64,000 nucleotides of DNA from Catajapyx aquilonaris (Eukaryota), in assembly GCA_000934665.2 (NCBI GenBank), contig KZ538093.1, positions 62,001 through 126,000 of the forward strand. Direction: 5' to 3'. Shown piece by piece: positions 1 through 13,835 of the stretch. Made by a program: the position numbers and the translations under genes. The notes under the pieces were generated by a model. That model made no database searches. It saw only the letters and a list, made by a program, of their open reading frames with translations, and was not told the origin of the DNA. Position 1 is the first letter of the stretch. Each line of letters starts with the position of its first letter.

Positions 1-2835
1 GATTTGAAACTCCTGAATACATATGCTAGGTTCGGATAAGTATTCATTACATCGTTATGACGCAAATGAAGCAAACTGGTTCAGCTGGAAATGAACTTTT
101 GTCTACGTTGTTTTGTTAAGCGAGGCGGGCAAATGAAAGGCTTGGTTCGACACCCTTTTGATAAAATATTTAGTAGAACATAAACAACCAATAAATGAGA
201 CAGCATGATGTAATATGGGTTGAGGTAATTTCGAATCCGCTAGGAATGAATGTATGAGAAGTGAGTTGTGAGTGACAAGAACTATTAGGGAGATAGCGGT
301 GTTAGATTGTAACTATATGTAACTTACCCTGCTTATTAGAGGTCACGCAATGAAATTCATAAAAATGGCTTTGTTTTCATATATTTTTCAATTATCGTAA
401 TAAAGGGGCAAATTTGGGTCTGCTTGCATAAATTCGTCCAAAACTGAAAATAAAACCTTCCGGAAGAGGACTCCCGGATCCCCTTCTATAACTTCCAGGG
501 TCAACCATGGTGTAACTGTAACCTATTCACTATTCCGCAAAAATATGTGTGTCAAGTTTTATCTGACAAGGCCATGCTCTTTAGTCTTATCAAATGCGAG
601 TACTTGGTCACTTTCAGAGGGGTGACCATTGTAAAAGTCAAGTGACGCACAATAGGTTCGGAATTTGTGGTTTACATGATTCTGGTTTTAACCCCCTCAA
701 CTTTTCATCGTTTATTTAGACGGACACACACTGTGCACAAGTATGACTTTGTAAACCATCCTGTACAATAGTACATAGCAATGCACCATACTTTTTCGCA
801 CAGCCTGACACACTCACCGGAGTATACAAATAGAATGAATTTTCAGACCGAGTGTAAAGTAACCCCACACTAGGGTATTTGACCGAGTGTTACGCCAAGA
901 TTACATCAGCTTCGCGAGGATGGAGATGAAGTAAAAGAATTCATGTTGCTTTTCCTGCTTGAAATCTAAAGCCCCCCCCAAGCAAGCCAAGTGGAGAGGA
1001 GGCAAGGGTGTAAAAGCAGCTGTGTGTGTGTGTGACGGACCACAAGGGTCAACAATTCCCTATTTGGAACTGACCTTCTTCAAGAGAGCTGGAGGGCATA
1101 CCGCTGCTACCCACGTCCATCGAGGGGGTTTCAGGTGTCAAAACTCACTCTACTGGTCTCCCTCTTTCAACCCACATTAAAACAATCAAACCAAGCTAGA
1201 TTCGCCATGCATTTCTCTTACCTTATGGAAAAGCGCTGATATAGCGCCTTTCCACGCCCAGGTTGTTGTCTGAAAAATGAGAGAATATAATGTACATTTT
1301 TGAAGTACATGTGACATGATTTGAACTAACCGCTCCAATATAACGTATACACAGGAATCAACATGTTCTCAGCAATGCTACTGCCATCTAGTGGGAGCAT
1401 TGCATACTCCACATTAGACGCCAGATGACGTACCATACTGTACGGTGCAGTAATAACATTGTCATCAATAGTGAATATTTTAATTAAAACTTTTGCACTT
1501 TGACAATGAGGGCCATCTTATTCAGTATCACACGATTTACACCCGCACACCTATATACTCGCCACTTGTAATGTTATGTATCTAGGTTAACGTCACTGGG
1601 AGTAACGGCATAATTATGGCGATTCCATCGGCCAAAACGTTCTCAGATACGGTCACGAATGTGAGGTATAATGAATAATCATAATGGGTCAATCGAGAAG
1701 TCAGCGAATACGTGATTGTGATCACGCCTAATTGCAGACTACAAAATCTATCTAGAATGCAACTTTGTGTTCAGCATCAATAGAACATAGCAATCAGTTC
1801 ATGATGCTGTGGTACATTGTAATGGTTTCACAAAAAGTCGATTTCCAGAGTTGGATTGTTCCACATTTCATAGTGGGTCAATGAATTCGGATTAGAGCTA
1901 GAATATTATTGCAAGGATCATATAGTACCAGTAGACAAAATGTTACCGGGTGGTCCTATAATCTCTGCTTTTTTTGTGTAGGTCTGGTTCCACTGATGCG
2001 ATGCGACCCCACACATAAATCTGACAGGGCGTTACACAAATTATTGTGATGGTGTCTCACTGACACAACTTAAGGCTCCGGCAGCTCTGTTGTAGCACCT
2101 ATTTTTGAAATCCATGGGATAAACTTCATTACACAGGAGCCATCAAGATTTTTTTCCCCCTGAGGGGGTGGAGTATGGAACCCCGTGGAACCCCTAAACG
2201 TCACCTTACACAACTATACTTTATGAATTGAAATACCTTGTTTGACACGTCAATCAAACAACCTATCGCACTTACACTACTATACACTGCACAAACAGCG
2301 GTGACAGTCAGATATTACCATGCCTCGGTCCTATAGTATTGTTTTTAACAAAGCAAATTTTTGGGAGAAATTTGATATTACCTTAAAGCGGTCGATTTCT
2401 TTCGAGAAATTCTTTGATTTTTTTAATGTTCATTATCGAGGCACTACTGTTTACATAACTCCAAATCTTATTATCATGAATAAAAAAAATCTAGTTAGCC
2501 TACTGAGTCTGCCACGATCAATCGTTCCTGACTTCATGGGGAATCCCGGAAGGACCCAATCATTACAACAGAAGGTGTCTGCAGGAATTCCCTCAGTGAT
2601 TGGGTCAGAAGCGAATAGTAGTCTGAAAAATCTTGCAGCATTTTTGCATTCATATCAAAGGGAAATTTCTGGTGTAATGGAGCATTTCCAGCATTTCAAA
2701 TATCCAGCGAGTATTATACAAGTACTTGTAGCAGAGGTGACCCGAACTTAATAACTTGGCTATAGCAGATCACATCATCCTTATTTTGTCGTACAGTATA
2801 AATAATTATTCATGAATCTTTGGGTTAGGTTAATG

Positions 2836-3240
2836 CAGCGGTTCTTAACCTGGGGTGCCCGCCCTGGGGTGCGAGCAAGGTGCACCTTTGGACTTAGTCT
2901 AACTATGAACTTAATCATTCACCCCTGGTATAGGGGGTGCACCGAAGCAGGTTGGCAGGCGTCCGACTGCTAATCGGGAGGTCCTGGGTTCGAATCCCGG
3001 GGCCGGCAACGCTGGCCGTGGTTTTCTGTGGTTTTCCGCGGTCTTCCTAGGATAATTCCGGGGTCGCTTCCGTGTAATAGACCACAGCCGCTTCCTTCCT
3101 TCCTTATATCCTTGGAGGTTGAAAGGCAATGCTGGGCCAACCTCCCTAATATCAATTAATTCAGTATAGGCCATAAGGGGTGCGACAAGGACCAACTGTC
3201 TTCAAAGGGGTGCGGAGGCCCGAAAAGGTTAGAACCCCTG
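2836..3240. mobile_element. hAT-type MITE with nested SINE
   Basis: Termini CAGCGGTTCTTAACC / GGTTAGAACCCCTG; perfect 8-bp TSD GGTTAATG on both sides. Confidence 0.88.
2941..3160 (+). mobile_element. tRNA-derived SINE, family A, A-box deleted
   Basis: Homologous to 48783-48960; B-box GGTTCGAATCC; lacks TAGTGGATAA of the A-box. Confidence 0.85.
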
Positions 3241-4486
3241 GGTTAATGTGTGCTTGTGAAACAAATGTGACAAATCTTCAGGTATTCGAGGAAAGCCGCC
3301 TTGACCACTACTAATAAATACTTGTAACAGTATGGCTAACATGAGCAGTCTCATTGCATTGCTACATATGATTGCTGTTTTATCATTGTGTGATTGTGCG
3401 CAAGTCGTGCTTATAAATAAGAAGCAGCCCAGTCGCAGTAGTTAATGTGCGGAATATCATTAAAATGCATTTCTAAGGCCGGTCTAACGTCACATCACCT
3501 ATTGCGTGGTCCTACTGCTATAAATACTGCATCTTCAGAGCAATAAATCAGGACGGTACTTGGTCTAGGTACGACCGGAATGGCATTTTCCTAAGGATAT
3601 CCTGTTCCTTTTATCAACAGAACTAGACTCGCCGATAACATCTGATATGATCTTATTTGAATAGTAAGTCAGTCCTTCGCTAAGTACCGCAAATGTGAAC
3701 GCAATGTACATTCGGGTGCAAATGTTGATTGAGCAGCATGTTAAGCTATAGCTGTTCAATGTCGTTAGCCTATAAATATAATTTCAAGACTAAGCTATCT
3801 CCTTCTTGGAAACGACTCCTGCCCCTTCAGACAAAAGGCAAGAATATTGTATCTAGAGTCAGTGGATAAGGATGGCGTGGGTTTTTGAGGCTCTGCTGAA
3901 CGACTAATCTACAGGATGTGATGTCATGCAAACTGTTGCCTAATTTTAGCAAGACTGGGACTGCCTTAGGGGCTGCAGCATATTTTTCTGCCTGTTTTAT
4001 TTTTTGTTCTTAAATCATCAGCTCATCCTGATTTAAATGCCACTTGATGGTATCAGTTTTCCCACGGCAAGTTTGTAGCAAGATTTATAAAATTACAGTC
4101 AGATATCTATTGTGAAAAGCACAATACCACCCTGTATTGTTTTTGAGCTGTTTGAAAAACGCACTGTATGGCACATATGCAGATAATTATACACAAACTA
4201 TGAAAAATGCAAAACCAGCGCTTTCATTATATTCGTCAAGTGACATGTAAGTTTATGAGTTAATTATAAGTAGAGCTCTCTAATGATAGTGGGCACAGTA
4301 GGAACCTGCACTTATGCTATTGGCTGAGCTGACTTGCTTTAAACTTGACTTGCACAGGCCCTGTAATTTTGAGAAACTGTACATCTGTTATCTCCCACTA
4401 CCATTCTGTCAATTGTCAGCTAAGCTCTGTCTGACTGTCACGTTTCTTCCTCGTTGCCTTCCCTGACTAACAGACTCTAGTAAACT

Positions 4487-4678
<192 letters not shown>

Positions 4679-5592
4679 CGTATAGAGCCAAGGTCAGTCA
4701 ATACTTGATGTCTTAGTGTGTGTACGTGAACTCCACATTTAAGGAAGTCCGACCTGACCTTTAATTGACTTTAATTTTGCATTTATAAGGAAGTTGGTTC
4801 ATATGGAGCAGGCGCAGTGCCGCTCCGAAGAGCCTTTTCCGCCGCATCGCAGCAATCGCTAGCAAGCAACGACGAATCAGAAAAGGACGTGGGCATTTGG
4901 TAAGGGAGGGGAAGAGAGGTTAATGGACTTCTGCGGGAGGAAACGAGGAAGCCCGAGAAAATCCACGCAAATACGGAGAGAACCTCTTGAAATTATTTCC
5001 ACACGAGAAAATCTGTAGCTATGTACATTGCACAATAAGGTCGAGGATACCTTGTCTGACTTCATTAGACTATTTCAGCAGGATAAGCAACCCTTGACCT
5101 TATCACACCTTGCAGTTACTGATTTGTTGCAGCTTCCGGTCTTTCGCTGCAATGAAGTCGATGTGAATGGGCCTTTTAAAATAAGGAAGTCCAGTCTCCG
5201 GACTTCCGAAGACGTGTACAACGGACTTCTGATGTGATTGTGGTTGGCTGGCTAGGGGGTGTTTCCTCGGCAAGTACGGCTTGGGGTAAAGAGCTTTGTC
5301 AGACAAGGGTAAGATTGGGACAGAACAAAGATCCACCTCCCAAGAGTAGAGTGGGTTAACATGTTTTCAAGGGATATGGAAGAGTGGCTGGTCCCGGCTA
5401 CATTACAATGTCTGAACCCTGGGTGTTAGTTGGTGTTAGGTAGGCTACATAAGCCCCAAGCACACTACCCTTGTCAAGAAAAATCCGAGTCTAGGCTATT
5501 CACTATTTGGGGACATCTAGTCTCACCTCTCAGCTACTCATCAGGCAAGCCAGCCGTATCAGCTCATTGGACGAGTATGCTTATATTATTAA

Positions 5593-6102
5593 CCCTTTCA
5601 TTCCCAAATTTTTTGGGCCGTTTCTTCTCTTTTTGAAAAAAATTTGTAGTAGGAGTGATATAATGAAAAACAATATTCTTCAATATTTATCATTTTTACT
5701 CGTGGTGGTCCTTTGGAATGTAAAAATGCCAAAAACATTCCCCTACTGGGTGTTCCAGAAAAATTTTTCAAATGCAATTAACTTTAAATGCAATTAACTT
5801 AATTTAAATTTTTAAAATCACTATAAAATTGTTACGATGGTTGCAAAATAATACTAAAACACTGCACTATGAGAAATTCCTAAGAGTCCAGACTTATGGG
5901 ACACCCTGTAATTACGCGGCCGGGTGGGGGGTTGTTTACCTTTCAAGGGCGCGAGCAAAATATAACAATCCGACTTTGTGGGTGCTGAGTCACCATCCAC
6001 TAGATGGCACAAGAAGTTTGACCCACAAAGTTTGCCTTCTGCATGCGAACGCTTTGCCTCCAGATTAATTGTTGCCATATGGCTACAGTGGGAATGAAAG
6101 GG
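5593..6102. mobile_element. piggyBac-like non-autonomous element
   Basis: TTAA-CCCTTTCATTCCCA ... TGGGAATGAAAGGG-TTAA (14-bp perfect TIR, TTAA TSD). Confidence 0.88.
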
Positions 6103-7075
6103 TTAATACTTCCGCAGTGCATTAGCCCTCGTATGTCGTATAGTGTATAGGGGAGTTCATTCCGTCTTCTCTAGGGATATTGATGGAAATGGCCAGGAGA
6201 CTCATTTCTTGCAAAGGAAGTGGTCATATAACACCTGATTTACAACGTACAGTAGGATAACATATTGCAGGATAATTTTATCCATACATGCTCGGTATGT
6301 ATTTATGGTTTTATTCGTAAATGCTGGTGCTCATGATTATACAATGGCAAATCAACAAGAAGTGGTATTTTCATTTTTTTTTTGCATATTTTTTTGAAAT
6401 CGAAACTTCTCCAAACACATTTAGATGCAGATATATAAGTTACCTTATCTTGCCTTACTTAACCCTATCCTTCTCTATTTTTACCGTAATATCCCGTCAT
6501 ATTTTGAATGTTCCGTCATCAAATTGTGCAATCGCCTAACCTGAAAAGTAGAGGGTCTATCCTATAAGATGCAACCCCACAGTGCTGGCAGATCTAACGC
6601 ATAACTCAGCTAGTCCATTCCATGCCCAACCTGATATCTAGCGGCTTTCAGTCTACAGTATCTGGTTCTCTAAGAAAAAATCTCGGGAAGGGTTCGTGGA
6701 AGTTAAACGGTGTGTATATACATATACTGTATAGGACCTAATAATCCCTTGAAACTGATTGCTTGATGAACTTATGCTATTTATTTCGTGCTTTTATCTT
6801 ATTAAAATACAAATAAAAATCAAGGAACTGTAAATCCTGCTTAGAGTGATACAAATTCTGTACAAATACTTCTTGCCACATTTTCAACACCTCAACCAGT
6901 ACTTTAAACATGAAACAAAAATAATGTAACTTATTACTTATAGTATCGCACCTCGATAGCTAGTTTCCAACAAAATGATTAATAAATTAATATCCCTATT
7001 CTTACTCTATGTCCTTGTTTCCCTGCACCGGAGTGAAGATAAAATTAGAAAATTTGTTGAAAAATGGTGGTGTAC

Positions 7076-7152
7076 CACCCCCCTATAGAACCAGTAAGGG
7101 TCATCACGGGGTACAACAAAAATAAATAAATAAAAAATAAATAAAAATAAAT
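7076..7152 (+). mobile_element. 3' terminus of a LINE/SINE (stem-loop plus A-rich tail)
   Basis: CCCC..ACGGGGTA followed by an (AAAT)n-like tail; same architecture as SINE tails at 27848 and 49019. Confidence 0.5.
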
Positions 7153-8110
7153 ATCAGTATTTAGCAAAATTAATATACAGTGCTAGTTCATATTGTTAAT
7201 TACATGCATGATGTCACTTTATCTACTTTAGCTCAAAACATGAGGTGGGCATCAGTCAAGAACCTCCAAACCTCGTCATTACAATCCTCCCCAAATGAGA
7301 TATGGTATCTATTAGATGGTGTTGTCTAGAATCTGGACCCAGTTTGTACTGCCCCATATTTTCGCGCACTTGACTCTCACTACAGCTATTTAGGCACTTT
7401 TGTACTAGTAGCAGCCTGCTAAAAACCTATTATTTCATTGCACCGTCCACGACAATAATTCTTTTTAGAAACATCTCATTGGACATTCAAATAAGAAGAG
7501 GCAACGGTACTTACCCCATGTCGACGTTGCTCTACGCTGCCAAGAATAATGTCGAATAAGTCTTCCCTTTTGGTCAAAAGGGGTCGAAGTCGAAAAAGTG
7601 CTAGTGGATTCGAGTAGGATAAAGCAAGAGGCTCCTTTTTGCAATACCGTAAGGAGCCTGGGACCATATGCTTTTATCAGTGTGTCCCTTGCACTTCTGA
7701 AAAGCCCTCCTCTTCGACAAGCTCCTTTAGACCCACGTGCCCCCCAACCTCGCCCTCCCTTTTTCACGGCCTCTATTTTTGGCGATGTCTGCAAGCAAGA
7801 AGAGGAAGTCGTCGGGCCAACGACCCAAAAATAAAATGAAATATATAAAAAAAGGTAGACTGGAAATCCAGTCTTACAGGGGGAGAAAAAATGGCATCCG
7901 CCGACAGCACGAGCTTCTTCGTCTCGTCCAGAAACACCTCCAGGGAGTTAATGAATGGATCGCCTAATCAGCAGTACGTGTATTTGCAGGTCTAATGGTG
8001 GGAAGAGGTACAATAATGTGCATTTTATTATATGGACCATGCATATATTTTAACGTTATCAAAATTATTATTAGGAAATAATAGTATTCATATAAATAAG
8101 TCACCATCTA

Positions 8111-8232
8111 CCATCCGAAGTAGCGCGAATCACCCTGGAAAATCCCACGGATGTCCAAATATCCATTGGAGATTCAGTGGATATCTGGATATCCGTGGGA
8201 TTTTCCAGGGCGATTCATGCTACTTGGGATTG
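8111..8232. mobile_element. 122-bp fold-back MITE
   Basis: Near-complete hairpin (GAATCACCCTGGAAAATCCCACGGAT / ATCCGTGGGATTTTCCAGGGCGATTC) flanked by TA. Confidence 0.8.
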
Positions 8233-9270
8233 TAATAAAAATAAAAATTCTGACAGGTTCATTCTGTGGCCATTTCAAATGAATAAAATTGCAAATTGAC
8301 AAATTTCAAGCCCAGATTATTTGTATTGCTCAGAACTGTTCCTGCACTAGTGTGAGTCTTCTGCGAAATAATTTATTGTAATCCAATTGGAAATTCAAAA
8401 ACGTAGGCAGCAGTGTGAAGCAACTTATTTTGCAGTAAGGCTTGCCGCAGGTGCACTTTGATAATTTTTCCTCCAAGGTATGTGGATATTTTACGCAACA
8501 TTTCTATGTAGACGTCACATTTACTACAATATTAAAATAACTAACAAATAAACGTGGTGGGGAGGAAGATGTGGTTCAATGTTCCGGTTACGCATACCAC
8601 ACACTCGAACTATTCTCCCGAGTTTTTCTACTGTTTACCAGTGTAATCCCAGGAAGAGTGTTGGCGATGGAACAAGCATCTGAGTTGTATGTAACCTAGG
8701 AATGTTTTGGCGCTTGAGGGTTGGGGGGGGGGGGGAGCGTCCCCTGTGTTCTTGTAAAGAAGGTCCCTTCATTCTCAATCCAAATCCCACACTCAACTTC
8801 AAGAAAAAAACTACAGCAGATACCGGGTACCTACAATGAAAGGGGGGCCTCTCGCGGAAAAATCAACGACTTATGTATTGTACAAGTATAGATACACGAT
8901 GTTGAGAATTTGACACGCGTATGAAATTCTGCGTAACATTAACTGGAACATGCTAAATAAAATTCAGATATCCGGAAGGAAAGACCTATATACTTATATA
9001 GCAACTGCCGAATTGTAGAAAAGGGAAAGGGAAAATGGGATTTCCCCTACTGCAGTGAGCAAATCTATAGTAGGCCCTATGTGAATTTTCTCCTGTACAG
9101 TTATTTCACCCTTACCCAGCAGATAATATTTTCGAAGACAATACTATCCACAACTTGTCTTACTGCAGTGCAGCAAATACAATACCTTCGCACTCACTTG
9201 ACCAAAGGAACCAGCTACAAGTAAAAGTTCCCGCGAGGCTTCACTGTATACAGTAGCCTATATTCACGTA

Positions 9271-9485
9271 AGGTGAAGTGGGGTAAGTGCATACACGGGG
9301 TAAGTGCATACACGGGGCCGCCATATTGGAATGAAAATGGCTGACGACACCAAAACACGTCAGGCACTCTTTTGTGTAGCTGCACATCACATCCCCACAA
9401 GAGGTGAGCATGTCAGCCATTTTCATTCCAATATGGCGGCCAGTTTATGCACTTACCCCGTGTATGCACTTACCCCACTTCACCT
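9271..9485. mobile_element. TA-flanked MITE (Tc1/mariner-pogo type) with duplicated subterminal motif
   Basis: TIR AGGTGAAGTGGGGTAAGTGCATACACGGGGTAAGTGCATA and its inverse; inner arms GCCGCCATATTGGAATGAAAATGGCTGAC; TA TSD. Confidence 0.88.
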
Positions 9486-12400
9486 TATTTGAGCAGTGTG
9501 CTCTATTTTGTTGCATTGTTATTTCAGGAAGCTCCAATAATCTCGAAAAAGACACAATATCTATAACTCTACACCTCATAACATAATGTAACTTGGAAGA
9601 AAGTTTGCTGAGACCTGGACTTGTGCTAATAGCCTGTGACATATCTCTTCAACAGTACGGTATAGATCTCATCCTCGCATAGCAAAACAATCACTTGCTG
9701 ACATTTGCCCCTAGAGAAACCCTCGTATAGTCTAGTTTATTATGATGAAATAGTTCAGCTGAGCACGAGTGGGCGCCTCGTGAGTCTATCTATAGCCAAA
9801 ACATCTGAGGGGTTGCTGTACCTTTTCCCTTCTCAGGAGCCTTCCCATTGGGCAGATAATGGTGTACAGGCAGACACAAAACACGTGCCAGAAATCCTGG
9901 CCAAAGGTATGCTACATCACTTTCGTCAGCCAGACATGTCGTCACTTCTACCATAACCACACTGGGAAATTGTTGTAAATATGCACTAAAAAGCTCCTTC
10001 CTCAAGAAATTACTTTGGTGTGTTTGCCACGTTCATATGGATAAAATGAAAATGTGAAACGCAATGCATTATGACTTTGATGACACAATGGGCTATTGAA
10101 CCCGTAACGCTTCAATGGCCTATTAAGGGCATTGGAATGGCACAACAGTACCGTCACATCATGTAGTGACGCAAGACATGATTGTCACGGCCACCTCTGG
10201 ACAAGAGTTCCTGTCAGTAAATTTGCGTTATGTGACACGTATTTTTATCCCTGTACATGAATCCTAGTCAACCTAGCTTTTTCAGAAAAAGTTGCCTAGA
10301 CTGGCTTTTTTGCGCCATGTCTGCTGTCTCCAGGGAGCGACTCTTAATTCAGGAACTTGTAGCTATGCCAACATGCCTTTTGTTGTGAGGTATGTCGTCA
10401 TAAAAACCACTCTATGCTGGTGTTAGATGTCCGTGGTGGATAAATCTCTGTCTTATAATTATGATGTCAGGCGAGAAAAATAATCCGGCTGAACATGTCC
10501 ATACAGTATATCTGTAGCTACAAAACAATTAAAAAATACTACCAAAAGGACGAAATGAAAAGAGACACCAGTGGGGGAAGGAAAAAAAAATAAGAGAAGA
10601 AAGTCTCTGATAGCTTAAGTTAGCTTAAGAGGTATTTCGCTAATTAAGTTACGAAATATCATTTGGTATACCTGGTTCAGAACCACATGCATCCTGGGTG
10701 AACACTCGTCGATGCAGATATAAAGAGGCTATTATTCATCATGACATATTAGTTACAGTGCATAGGCTACAACCAACCGTATATAAATATTTCTAAATGG
10801 AATTAATTTTGGTTTATCAACAGAAATGCCCGAATAAAACCTTCGTATCGTATAGGGTGGTTTTTTTCTTATAATTCTAAAGACAACGAATTACACAGGA
10901 GAATTCCGAAAAAATTTCATCACACCGCATAAATCAACCTAAATTCATACGAGATGGTCTTTTATACGCATTGTATTTCTTAATTGTAGGTTTGAATGAC
11001 ATTAGTATGTGATCGGAAATACGGTTAAACATAGACCTCCACCCTCTCTCGAGCGGTGCGTGAATCCCCCCCCCCCTCTTCCCCTCCCACCTACGCACTT
11101 GAAAAAGAATCTTCAATTTGCATTAGTTTCCTACGTAGTTGCACTTCCATCACAGAGCAAAGAAGATCAGGACATTAAATCCCCGTCGTCGTCTTTGAGT
11201 AGCTGTTCAAAAAATACTGCAATATAAAGCCATAACCGTCAAATCTATAGCTTAGGAAGTCTGTACTTCCCAGAAGAGCTTACTGAAGTCCTTATGTACT
11301 GTACAATACATTTCGTGCTGCATTTCCTGGTACTCAGGTTACATACCTACAGTTTGTTCGGCTTTTCTATCACTAAGCGCAATAATTGCCTTCTCTGTAC
11401 AGTATAATCGCGATGGAGGGAACTCGTTGTCTTGCTGTTCTATACCCAAGAATAGAACCACGAAATAAGCTGCTCTTACAAACGGAGGGGACATTCCTTC
11501 TAACTTTTATTTGAGTCTGAATACCTGCTTTGTCCCCGTCTTCCTCAATTTAAATCCCACCAGAATCCCTCCATTCGACTGAAGAAGCGAACTATACAAG
11601 CTTATATTCTATCTGCTCATAGAATTCTACAAACCAAATACAATTATTGCTTCCTTTGGTGTCATTCATTGCGTGGGATATTTATTTGTTGCGTCAAATT
11701 AACTATAGGAGTTGGAACCGTGAATCAAATCTGATATGGTTGTCCCATTAGGCTGAAAATCTCCTTTTTTTGTGTTGAAGCACGAGACGCATAGACGAGT
11801 CTAATGGTTTAAGCTATTTTCAGACGGCAAAACGGGGAGAAAAGAAACATCAGATGGAGAAGCAGTTTGAGTCGTCTGGCGCAAAAATACACGATACGGT
11901 TGACATCAACAGAAAATTATTGCACTGACTACATAACGACGTGTTTGTAGCTTGCTGGAATTAATCGCGTCATCTCTGCTCTCTGCTCTGATTCGCAGCT
12001 AGGCGTTTAATCTCGGAATGATACATCCTTTGATAGTTATAATCAGTGTAATAGCTATTTCACACACATTTTATAGGTTGCAAATCAATACAAAATTGAT
12101 CAATCCCTGATAATACAAAATATTTGTATTGATGGTCATCAGAATGTGGAAGGCAAGGTGTTACAGTTGAACGCACATACTGTATAATAATGTTATTAAG
12201 TTAATTATACAAGTACAATTGACGGGAAGGACCAAAGAAACAAGGATTTTATGGGAAGGTAACTAATTAATTTCCTCCGCAATTTTGTGAAAAATCCATT
12301 TGAAATGGATAGTTATTGTATGTTTGTGGAGGCGTGAAATAGCGGCTTTGTAAAGCGATGACAGAAATGACTGCGTGAATGTGTACCTAGTTTTACAGTA

Positions 12401-12953
12401 ACTAACGGCAAATAAAAATAAAACTACGTTATACGGTATGCTTGTTACTGTGTAATAGGCAGGCGTCCTTTTAATGTGGAGTAGGCCTATACTTTTCCTA
12501 TAGCACAAAATGCAATTAGTCCATTGATATAAGTGATTTGAGAGAATTTCATCCGTAGAGCCATCGTTTCAGATCGCTAATGAGAAACAATATGCTTCTT
12601 TTTAAAAATTAGCCGCGGATTGGCTGAAATAATATTTTGGTGTTACGCATTGTAACTATGTAGCACTTTTTCCCAAAACTTTGTAGGGATATAGCTCCTC
12701 AGCTATAATTTATACTACAAAATGACATATTCCGATTCAGAGTAATAGTGTCCTCTAGCTCTACCTGTGATATCTCCCTGATATCACATTTTTCAAACAT
12801 TCTGCATATGTATCAGCAGCTAGTCACTGTACAAAACATATTGCAGAGCACATGAGTAACCTTGTGAGTCAAGGTGATATAAAATCACTAGATTAGGTAC
12901 TGGGAGTTGCAGGCGACACTGACAGATAGCCACTTATAAACAAGTTCCATTAC

Positions 12954-13231
12954 CTTCCATTACCACTTGAAGGCTGTTGAATCCTTTGCACATCCTTTGG
13001 TTTCTCAGTACGGTAAAAGCACTGTATTCATATAACACAGAGTGGTTCCAAGAAATCGCAATGCCTCTCGGATTTACGCATCTTACGAATTTATAAGACG
13101 AAATCTTTGATGATTTTATGTCGATTTCGGATTCATTACAGAAATAATCCCTTATTGAATATTTTGTATGCTGTATAGTTCTGTATACGTTATAGGGCTC
13201 ATCCTGCGGGGAAGTCAACCCTCCCACACCC
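12954..13231 (-). CDS. Candidate exon of the unidentified gene (GVGGLTSPQDEPYNVYR...FNSLQVVME)
   Basis: Acceptor gttgcag in phase 2, joining the previous exon across an 83-nt intron; open 278 nt; donor AAG|gtaatg. Confidence 0.5.
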
Positions 13232-13314
13232 CTGCAACACGGGTTTTCTGGCATGCAGGCTTACCCCTATCTGGGGGAAGGTCGTGGTGGAGATTCAACA
13301 AGTTAGTAACTTAC

Positions 13315-13473
13315 CATATAATTATGTGTGTTTCGAGAATGTCATTTTGGAGATGTCCAGAAGGCTCCGTCCGAATAAGTGACCCATCTCTCGTTAACTG
13401 CAGTGTGGATTCCACAACAAGATCCAGACACGCTTTTGCAGTGTTGCTGTACCAAATCTCCGCGTTCCATACT
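13315..13473 (-). CDS. Candidate exon of the unidentified gene (VWNAEIWYSNTAKACLDLVVESTLQL...ETHIIIW)
   Basis: 159-nt open symmetric phase-2 exon; acceptor gactatag, strong donor ATG|gtaagt. Confidence 0.5.
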
Positions 13474-13590
13474 CTATAGTCATAAAGAATATTAATTGTA
13501 ACGATATTTCACGCTAAAATTCAACACAAAACATCCGCCATACTGTATACCGGTACGTATGGTACTACACTGGGTAATACGTAATAGTCT

Positions 13591-13835
13591 TAGGCGGTTG
13601 CACCAAAGCAAGATGCCCTTGCTATTAATTGCTACTCCATTGTTGAGTTTGTTGACAACAGTTAACAAGTCACATCCGTCCGTACCTGCATTTGAATCTA
13701 GCGCTCGTGAAACAGGGTTGCACCATCTCGAGTTTAGCTCGAAAGCCGGGGGTTACCATTGTTATTAATTATGCAATTAATAGCAATGGTAACGCCTCGG
13801 TTTTGTGAGAAACCCACGATGGTACAACTAGTCTC
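13591..13835. mobile_element. Harbinger-like MITE with internal palindrome (13717-13828)
   Basis: GGCGGTTGCACCA start, repeated GTTGCACCA; arms TTACCATTGTTATTAATT / AATTAATAGCAATGGTAA; end TGGTACAAC. Confidence 0.55.

Noticed and set aside
2320..2751. 143-aa plus-strand ORF
   Set aside because: No recognisable motif or supporting splice structure; AT-rich first half
9837..9906. Plus-strand exon-like segment (cccttctcag...AAG|gtatgc)
   Set aside because: Good splice signals but isolated; no partner exons or recognisable peptide
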